A stretch of 64,000 bases of DNA, from contig NC_068981.1 in assembly GCF_001194135.2 (NCBI RefSeq), forward strand, positions 92,559,036 to 92,623,035. The letters are read 5' to 3'. The translations under genes were made by a program, and so were the position numbers. The notes beneath the pieces are model-generated. The model ran no database searches. It was not told the DNA's origin and saw only the letters and a program-made list of their open reading frames with translations. Origin of the DNA: Octopus bimaculoides. Lineage: Eukaryota. This document shows, one piece after another, positions 54,730 to 64,000 of this stretch; positions within the stretch are counted from its first letter, which is position 1, and each line of letters starts with the position of its first letter.

Positions 54730-55985
54730 TACTCATTTACCTTTTAACTCGTTTCAGTTATGCGGCCGTGGCCCTGCTGGAGCACTACCATGGTCTTTCT
54801 GACTTCCTCAGACCTGTTGTTTCACATCACTACCCCTGTGGGTACCTTTGCCCTAGCTGTTGGTACATTTGGTGTATAATGGAGTTTTGATGCCGCTTCC
54901 CTTGTCTGTACCTCATGTCGGTCTGTTGGTTCATCCTGTATTGTGGAGAAGAAGATGTCTAGTTCCTTTCTGAAGAGATCTACCTCCACCTTATGCAAAT
55001 TTCTTAATTTTTGTAGCAGAGCGTTGAAGTGCTGTTGGCCTTTGAACCCTAGACTAATGCAATACCTGGTCCTCAATTTAGAGGGAGTGGATGGTACCTT
55101 TGGTACAATACAATGGCGACCAGTTCTGGCATTTGTATAACACTCAATACCAAAGTTAGGTACTAGCCTCTCTAGAATTTTCCATATGTATATTATTGCA
55201 TATCTCTCACGCCTTCGCTTCAGGAAGCAAAGCTGTAGTTTTCTCAGCCTATCTCTGTAGCTCATTCGCGGTACTGTCTCAATCTTTCTAGTGTAGTGGC
55301 ATTGGACTGCTTCAAGCTCTGCCGTTAGTTTGGCACTATGTGGTGACCATAACTGAGAGCAGTAGTCCAGGAAGCTGAGAAGAAAGGTTCACCATAGAGT
55401 CAACAGGGTTTCTTGGTCTATTATCTGCACTTTACTGCCATCTTGCTTGTCATTGCACATACTGTTCCCCAAGTCTTTCACTGTCTATGACTCTGGGATT
55501 GTAGTGCCTTCGGGTCTTGTAAATATAGATTGTACTGTATTTGTGAGTTGATAGTGGTGTGCTTGAAATTTTCCAGCATTAAACTGCATGTTGTTTATTT
55601 GAGTTCACTTGCATATTGAGTTTAAGTCCCGCTGTAAGCTTGTGACATCATCTTGTTTTTTTTTATTGCCTGTGATAATTTCGTATCATCGGGGTAGCTA
55701 GTGACAGTGGCTGTCCGCGTGACTGTGGTAATGTCTAAGAGGACTCTTAGGAATAGTAATGGCCCCAGAACAGTTCCCTGGGGGACACCACTTTGGATTT
55801 GACCTTCTTCCGAAATGGCGCCATTGGCTACAACTGCCTGACTTCTGTTTTTAAGGAAGTCATGAAGCCACTCTCCCAGTTTACCAGCAACGCCATGGTC
55901 TCGTAGCTTATGACTGATGATGCCATGATCTACCTTATCAAATGCCTTTGTGAAGTCAAGGTATACCACATTGACATCTGAATGG
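54730..55985 (-). mobile_element. CR1-group LINE, 5'-truncated, RT C-half plus 3' UTR
   Basis: VYLDFTKAFDKVDHG..FLKNRSQAVVANG..SGVPQGTVLGPLLF..YPDDTK (55622-55969) and SYRDRLRKLQL..RRRERYAIIYIWKILERLVPN (54822-55265). Confidence 0.93.
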
Positions 55986-55989
55986 TCCG

Positions 55990-56761
55990 GCAGCTGTTTA
56001 TCCAGGGCTTAACAATTATATCCAGAACCTCAATGTAGGTAGCAGATTTAACTCTAAGGCCTTGTGGAATGAAGTAAGGAGGTATCACATGTCCTTCATT
56101 GCTGACAACACCTAACTCCATGACAGCTGCTGGAAATTTTGTATGCATTACACTTGGAACTTCAGAAGGGCCCGCACATAACTATGTGTCATTTCTTCTG
56201 TTAACTTTTTGATCTTGGTCGAGGTTTTTCTCGTTTAAGAAAAAAAGCAAATCAACTCTACTGCTGAATTTTTCAGTTTATTTAAGAGACTTCTAGATCT
56301 GATGTAGTGATTTTCTTTTGCTTTTTCGGACAAATTGACCTTTCCTCATCATATAAGATGTTTTCATGGACAATATTTCTGACTGTTCCTTCTGACACAT
56401 GGATATCTTTTGCAATTGACCTTATACACTTTCTGGGATTGGTGAACTTGCTGGATAAATGCAGGTGTTCTGATGATGTCAGAGCGTTTAGAATGCTTTG
56501 ATACTGATGATACGTTCCTATCTTCAGTCACTAACTCCTTACAAACTTTGTAGACGAAATATCTTGGAACTTTTAAATTTTGAGATATTCCTAAATCGCT
56601 CTGCCCAGCCATTATAACCACAATAAAAGCATGCTTCTTCATTTCCTGAGTAAGCTGAGGGTCTACCACTGTTATTTTTTGAAACAAAGATCATACAGAA
56701 TTAGCAAAAAAATTAGCAGTGACCCCAGAAAGGTATGTTCTGAAATACCTTACGCACCTTG
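55990..56761 (-). mobile_element. Tc1/mariner maT (DD37D-like) relic, 5' half
   Basis: TA|CAAGGTGCG terminal motif at 56761. MKKHAFIVVIMAGQSDLGISQNLKVPRYFVYKV..HSKRSDIIRTPAFIQQV and EKNLDQDQKVNRRND..MHTKFPAAVMELGVVSNEGHVIPPYFIPQGLRV..KPWI. The sequence is truncated before the second D, so the DD37D spacing is inferred from family resemblance. Confidence 0.8.
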
Positions 56762-57693
56762 TATATACATATATTTCAGATTTTTATCAACAGACTCGTG
56801 ATTGGATATCCAACGGCGGCGCCATAAAGGTATAGCACAATCCCATAACGGGAAAAGTAATAACGATCATGACTCATATTTGATATCAGAATGTGGGAGT
56901 CGCCATTTACATTACAAACTTCAGAAGCGACGAAAGATGTACGCCATGTACAAATTCCAATAAATTTTTTTATGTATTTTTCATGCGTAAAAATGTTTCA
57001 TTCCGGCATATGTTTATAAGCTATGTTAGAGGCTATTGGGAAGTGAAAATGCAATCACAAATATGCTACTACTACTTAATTGAAACCACATTCAGAATGC
57101 GACACCAAGTAAAAGTATATCTGAGTGGTGAGTGCAAGAATGCCCGATAGTTTAAATTACATGTTACTAACTGATTTACATTATTTTTCTCTATTATTGG
57201 TTTTTTGGATTGCATCTATAAAAGTTATTTTATTGAATGTGTGCACCACCATTGTAATATTTAAACTTTACTTCATATAAAAATATTTGGTAGTTTGTTG
57301 ACAATTATCTCCTTTTAAACATAAATTGTCTTTTGAGAGAAAAAGGGAAATACAATATTTTTTTATCGATTGCTCAGTGAGAATTAAGGGCAACTTAATG
57401 TTTGTACCTTCAGTACATCACAAACTTGACGATTACAGACAGTATGATACGAGGGTATGACTGAGGAATTTTAATAAACTATTAACTTTTCGTGGCAAGT
57501 GATGCATTAGTATGAGACATTTATAATCTGCTCAATATTCATTAAAGATGTTGTTTAAATTTACATGAAAAGCATGCTTACATTTATTTATCTATGTATG
57601 TATGTATGTATGTATGTATGTATGTATGTATGTATGTATGTATCTATCTATCTATCTATCTATATATCTATATATCAATCAATCAATCAATCA

Positions 57694-57745
<52 letters not shown>

Positions 57746-57865
57746 GGCTGTCTGGCTATCTGTCTGTCTGTATATCAAACTATCTATTCATACATATATA
57801 TGGTGTGGTGGTGGGGTAAACTCGGTAAATTTCTAGAATTGTTAGAAGAGTAGAAAAGATCACAA

Positions 57866-58039
57866 TCAAGTCGTCGTATTTGTTCCTGCTTGTTTACTCT
57901 CAGAATTCATATCTGACATATTAGAACGTACTTTTATCTGTTCGTTGTCACTGCAGAATGTATCAGACTCAATTGGTGGATTAGAATATTTGTCATAGCT
58001 TCGACGTGATGTTATGCAACGTTTTTCTACTGGTCGCAT
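57866..58039 (-). CDS. Candidate short ORF / first coding exon MRPVEKRCITSRRSYDKYSNPPIESDTFCSDNEQIK(VRSNMSDMNSESKQAGTNTTT)
   Basis: AAAAATG start with an in-frame stop upstream, acceptor TTTCCTCGCAG| at 58057, and a possible donor AAA|GTACGT. Hydrophilic composition. No homology recognised. Confidence 0.22.
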   Translation of the reverse strand: MRPVEKRCITSRRSYDKYSNPPIESDTFCSDNEQIKVRSNMSDMNSESKQAGTNTTT

Positions 58040-61000
58040 TTTTTATAAAAAGAATTCTGCGAGGAAACTAGAACAAAGATGTTTTGGTATTTACTCTGCT
58101 TGTCGCCAGAATTGGTAACGTGGAGCCGGTAAAATTACAGATAACTACATTTCTACTGTTGTCTTGCAAACTAAAATAAGATCCCTTATTTCAACAAAAT
58201 ATATGGAGTGCACTGGGTAAGCATGGTTTTAATGAACTAAATCGTAGTGGCCCACTGTTGCATTTCCATTCTGTACTTGATTTATCCGCAACACCTTTTT
58301 TCGCAGCAAACGGAAACAGGAATTACATGAATTCATCGTCGTTCGAATCAGGGCCTTGTCTTGACATGCAAACGTGATCTACAGGATATCTGTAGCTGCA
58401 AAGTGCTAAGCACAGTGAAACGAGACACAAACAACAAACAATTTCGAGTAAAAGAAAATGAAGCTTAAAAAACAAATAAATGTTTGTACAAAGGATTGAA
58501 AACACGAAAGCAACTGAGTCGTTGTAAATTGTCACTGCCCGCACGTTGGGTTTCTTCTGTACGAAATACAATGAAGTTACCTTCGATGGAACTTGAGGAA
58601 ACTTTAAGGATGAAGTATTTAATTTAGGTGCAGTGGTTTGGAGGTATAAGGAGAGGAAGCATAGGGATTAATTCATCTCAAACAACCCTAATATTTTTAA
58701 ATTGTGAGAAACAAAACAGGCTCTTCATAAAATATTAATTGAACGAAGCGTAAAAGATCAGAAACACGCCGAAGGTTTATGCCAGAGACAAAAATCTCTG
58801 GAACAAAGTACATGTGAATTGGAAAATTGAATGGTGGCACAATTTTTCATAGGCTGTGCAAAATGATATTCGATCACAAGAGTAAAATATTTTATGTCTC
58901 GACGCTGGGTTCTGAGAAAAGGCAAGAAAGAATGAAAAGCGTATAAATGTTAATGGAAAACGTGTGAAAAGACCAAAAAACTTTGTCCAACGAAGTATCC
59001 TCACATATATTTTCGTAAGAATGCTAAGAGGTGAATGAATTAACAAAATCATCTCATCAGCATTATTACAAATGCTCTGTCACCAACTTTAGGCTGATAC
59101 TTTTTTTAGCACCGCCAGCATTATAAAAGAAATGTTGAAAATGTTGGACTCACGGCTTATACAATAGGAACAAATACCGTCAGGCAGTATATTTTATCTT
59201 TTGTTCTAACAACTCCGAAATTCTACACTTACACGCACTCACACTCTATGTATTTATATGTATGCATGTAATGTACGTATGTACTTATGATGTATCTATA
59301 TCTGTCTATATGCATCTATCTGTCTACCTATCTACTTATGTATCTAGATATCTTTATATCTGTATATAGTGAAATGTTTCAATAAAAGACTTTCTACTTG
59401 CTGTATGGTAGAGAATATATATATATATATACGTAAATGTAGAACGTTGGGATGAGTGCTCAACAACGCATTGGCGGATAAATAATTTCTTTATTTGTGA
59501 ATTAAGTCTACCATTGGATTCATGTTAAGAAGTGTAGGAGAATATCGAAGTATCTTAACGATTTTTCAAGCCGATCACATGCAGAAACGTGTTCGCCTCC
59601 ATTTTGGAAAACAATCTCGTTTGGTTCACGAGATTTACAAGAAATCCCAGTACTCTTAATTCACAAATAAAGAATATATATATATATATATCTATACATA
59701 CACATATAATTTGTATATATGTAGAAATATTTATATACATATATGTGTATGTCTGTATGTATATACAGAATAACAGAGAAAGGTATAAATCAATACACAT
59801 ATAAACCCCCTCTCATATTCTTTTATACATATTCATTGTCGTATAAATATACGCTTAATTTTTCATGGTCCCTTATTTACTTCAACAATGGTTTTATTAT
59901 ATTATTCTTGGTAGAATTCATAAGATTGATATAGCAATATTCCTTATTCCATTTAATCAATTGATGAATTGTTAGATTGTTGATATGTTTGCGTTTGAAT
60001 ACCCTATGTAGGAATATAATTATAGTTAAAACGATGCGGTGGTGTACCTATTGAACAGGTTTGTATAGTATTGCAGACATGAGAATTGATTTATCAATCA
60101 TTCATTCACTAAAATAATTGACGTCATGTCAGTTATGCTCATTATTCGCTGCCAGATATGATGTACCACAATTAGATTCAAATCGTGCCAGTGTGTGTTG
60201 GCTATAATCTCGTGCTTTATTGACTCTTGACAGTTTATCACCTTTTAATAAATGTTCAGCGAGCTGACACAAAAGTTCATGCGTTCCATCAAATTGATAG
60301 ATTGTTTCAAACATGAAAGATACTAATCAAATACATGCAGTATATAGATATTACAGTTGTCTCATCAATATTTACTACTCTGCAGCACCAGATCAGACAG
60401 AAGTATTTGTGAATCCTATTGAAAGTAGTGTAAATTTGTTTAAATTTAAGTTTATGACATGTTCGTCCAGTAAAAAAGAACATTCTTAAATTGATTATGT
60501 GTTGTGGAAATAGCGGAATATCTTATAATATCAAAATAGTATATGTGAATGATGCATATATTATTTTCACACAGGAAATGATATTCACTACTACATTCTT
60601 AAATGCCAGTTTACAGTTTTACTATCTATCAACGACTGTCTTATTGAACTTAATTTATCTGCAAACGCGCAGTTGACAGTTACGGTAACAAATGCAGTAG
60701 AACAATGAAACACTTTCATGTAGGTATTGCATTGTACTGTGTGTAGACATTCCATTGTACTGTTTGTACACTTTCCACAAAGCAAATAACAAACATATTT
60801 GAATATAAATCTTTTGAAGCTTCCATGGGAATTGGGATCAAGTGCTCTAATTAAAATAGTTATCTTATAATTTATCCAGAAGATTTAAATATTCCATGTA
60901 CTTTACAGGGAGTCATACAAAGCAACGACTGGTGCAGATTAGGAACAAAATAAATTTCAGCATATCGGCATCTACAGTAATTAAAGGAAATAAACTAGAG

Positions 61001-61631
61001 AGTAAATTGTTGTATGAAAGCTGGATGTGTACTATGAATGCGCCGTAAGATGTATTACTGTTATTCTAAGTGAGTAATCAAATTGTAAAATATATTCATA
61101 TTTTTATTTCTCTCTCCACCACATACATCTCTCCTTCGGTGAACACATAGAAAGATGTATCTTGAAACTAATAATGGTATAGCTAATAGCATGTAAAATA
61201 TTTGTTTAAAGAGGGCCACGGGAAAAGAGTCAACATATGAGAGACGTTCTACCAATGGGCCAATTCATTCATTCAAATTTCTCTAGTCAATAGAGAAACT
61301 TTATTCCTGCTAGCTGGATTTGTATGTTGGTCATAAGATGCACATAAAAGAATCCATTTATATGAACGGCAGATATATATGTATATGTAAATATATATAC
61401 ATATATATATATATATATANNNNNNNNNNNNNNNNNNNNNNNNNNNNNNNNNNNNNNNNNNNNNNNNNNNNNNNNNNNNNNNNNNNNNNNNNNNNNNNNN
61501 NNNNNNNNNNNNNNNNNNNNNNNNNNNNNNNNNNNNNNNNNNNNNNNNNNNNNNNNNNNNNNNNNNNNNNNNNNNNNNNNNNNNNNNNNNNNNNNNNNNN
61601 NNNNNNNNNNNNNNNNNNNNNNNNNNNNNNA

Positions 61632-61867
61632 GGAATCCACTTATTGGATTCCTTACGCTAGAGAGAACTGCTAGGTTCTAGAACCATAAAATTAGGAATA
61701 AAATCCCGAAAGGAACGAAATGAAAAATAAAAACTTTTACAATATTTATCCGATATAGTAAAAGTTTTTATTTTTTATTTCGTTCCTTTCGGGATTTTAT
61801 CCCTAATTTTTGTGGTTCTAGAACCTAGCAGTTCTTCCTAGCGTAAGGAATCCAGTAAGTGAATTCC
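61632..61867. repeat. Long inverted repeat / foldback (109-110-nt arms, 17-nt spacer)
   Basis: Arm 61632-61740 pairs with 61758-61867, with 7 mismatches and 1 indel by manual alignment. Confidence 0.95.
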
Positions 61868-61913
61868 ACTTATGTATTTTAATATACGCTGTACCTTATG
61901 AGTATACATATAC

Positions 61914-61967
<54 letters not shown>

Positions 61968-62915
61968 GTTTGTGTGTGTGTTTATATATGTATTATGTAT
62001 ATATATATATATGTGCATGCATGCATGTATATGATCTCATAGAGAGTGATAAAGCATATATTTGCGAGCATATATGTATTTCAACATGTTTCTATCTATG
62101 TTCTAGTTCCCTTTTAATGTTATAAAGCTTCAGACAAATGGAAATAATTGACAAAGTTTTCCTCAATTTTCTTTTATTCGGCTATGTTTTTTTTTTTAAC
62201 TTTTTTGTGTGTGTGGAACATCTTTACTGTCACTCTGTTGAAAGACATGCAAACATCTATGGAAGTCAAGATGTATTCCCATTATCAATTGCAAGAGACA
62301 TCTTTGTGCGTGATATAAAGACCGATTTCGAGCCGATATTTTTTTCTTTAAAAGAAAATAAATCTTATTAATTACTCCATGTTTGACGTAGAATACAAGA
62401 CACATTTGAAAGAATGAAATGCTATATATAGAATCATGTAATTAATATGAAAAAAAAAATACAGCACTACTTCTATTTCACGTGTGCTAACGGAAATCTT
62501 ATTGTCAGAGAATATTCCCATTTAAAAATCTATGCATTCAAGATACTTTTTCTTTTACGACATAGTTGTAACTTTAGAGAATTTAGACGAAGCGTCTTAT
62601 GACTCTTATATCTGTATTCGTACATTGTTTCCTAATATTAATAGACGCCGTTATTCTCTAAAATATGCTGGAGATTACATCATTATTGAAGCCAATACAA
62701 AATACCAAATTAGTAAAAATTTTTTTTTTCCTTTTCTGGTGATTTGAAAGGCAAACAACTGTTCATATGCTGGGCACATGCAAACGTATTCCTGTATTTT
62801 ACCTTACATATTGACTGAAATACACACAAACACACACATATGTGTGTGTGTATGTATGTGTATTTATATATCGGGAATAAATGATGGATTTTTCCCTTAT
62901 GAGGTTTTTTTCACG

Positions 62916-62959
<44 letters not shown>

Positions 62960-63942
62960 GTTTATGTGTGTATACGTGTGTGTGTGTTGGTGTATACATA
63001 CAAACAGCCACAGAGACAGACAGGCAAACAGACATACATAAAGCTAAAAAATACGTCGAGTGGTAGAAAATATGTGGCGTCCACCATAAATACAGACGCC
63101 TATATGACATTAGCATATACGATGTGAATGGAATGGGTACGGGCTACAAGACAAAGAAACAACGTATCCCTGCCTGCAACTCATTTTTAACTGTCGTTTC
63201 CACACGCGCTCTTACCGCTGATTGAACTAATTGGCGACGAAACGTATTTCTCTCATTACCGGTTCTTTTCTCCGCTTTTCTTTGTTTACCAGATTAATCG
63301 TGTTCCAGACTACAATCATAGTTTTAAATTATCTGGAAAAAAAAACCACGAAAAAAACTGTTCGTTCTAACAAATGTCATGAAAGCTTTATATGGATTAC
63401 TTGATATCAGCGCTAAACATAACGATTTAGTCATATCTCCCTATTGTGAAATATTGAAAATTGCTTTGCAATTTACAATTGTTTCGATTTCTCTTATGTG
63501 ACTACGTGACTGTATTACTAATGTGCAAATTCACAGAGATAGAGAAAAAAAAGTAACGTTATAAAATTTTGACGCAACCTTTCCAGAAGTATAATTATAG
63601 AGAATTGCTCTTATTTTTAGATTTTAAATGCAAATACACACACCACCTCAGCCATTAAACTGGAATGTTTATTTGATGTATTGACTCTTTAAAATTAAAA
63701 TTATTTCCTAACTATTAATCGGTTAAAGATATATTTTCATTTATTCATATAACATCGACTGAGAAATGAGTGCGCATGACACTGGCTATGAGTGAGAAAA
63801 TATTAAAACATCACAGAAGAATGAGTAACATTAGAGAATCTGAGTAGATATATATAAGGAAAGAAAGTGCTACTACATTTCAAAAGTACGTAATATAATC
63901 AAATACGTGTACATATGTATGTTTGTATAAACTATTTGTTAG

Positions 63943-64000
<58 letters not shown>

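Noticed and set aside
58600-59050. Purine-rich stretch that superficially resembled L1 or transposase coding sequence
   Set aside because: No frame gave a recognisable motif and stops are frequent in all frames.

Overview
AT-rich, intron/intergenic-type eukaryotic DNA with 14 assembly gaps (about 6.7 kb of N), most flanked by (TA)n, and very dense microsatellites. The repeat landscape resembles a coleoid cephalopod (Octopus-like) genome; this is an inference, not proven. Almost every ORF in the supplied track is an artefact of microsatellites or N-runs. The real protein-coding signal is in decayed transposons: four RTE-clade LINE pieces, one CR1-group LINE, full-length Tc1 (DD34E) and mariner relics, a maT-like relic, a mariner MITE, a Helitron with a Rep remnant, a second Helitron-like composite, and an internally deleted Gypsy LTR element. 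At least three tRNA-derived SINE families are present. No complete host gene can be assembled by eye; two minus-strand exon candidates (31450-31619, 22807-22920) join in frame into an EF-hand-like motif. There is no rRNA, true tRNA or CRISPR. I found no clearly new biological system. The best leads are a 236-bp foldback, a SINE/LINE shared 3' tail, SINE- and Helitron-seeded microsatellite/TTAGGG tracts, and a structured RTE 5' UTR. All alignments, identities and boundaries were read by eye and are approximate.
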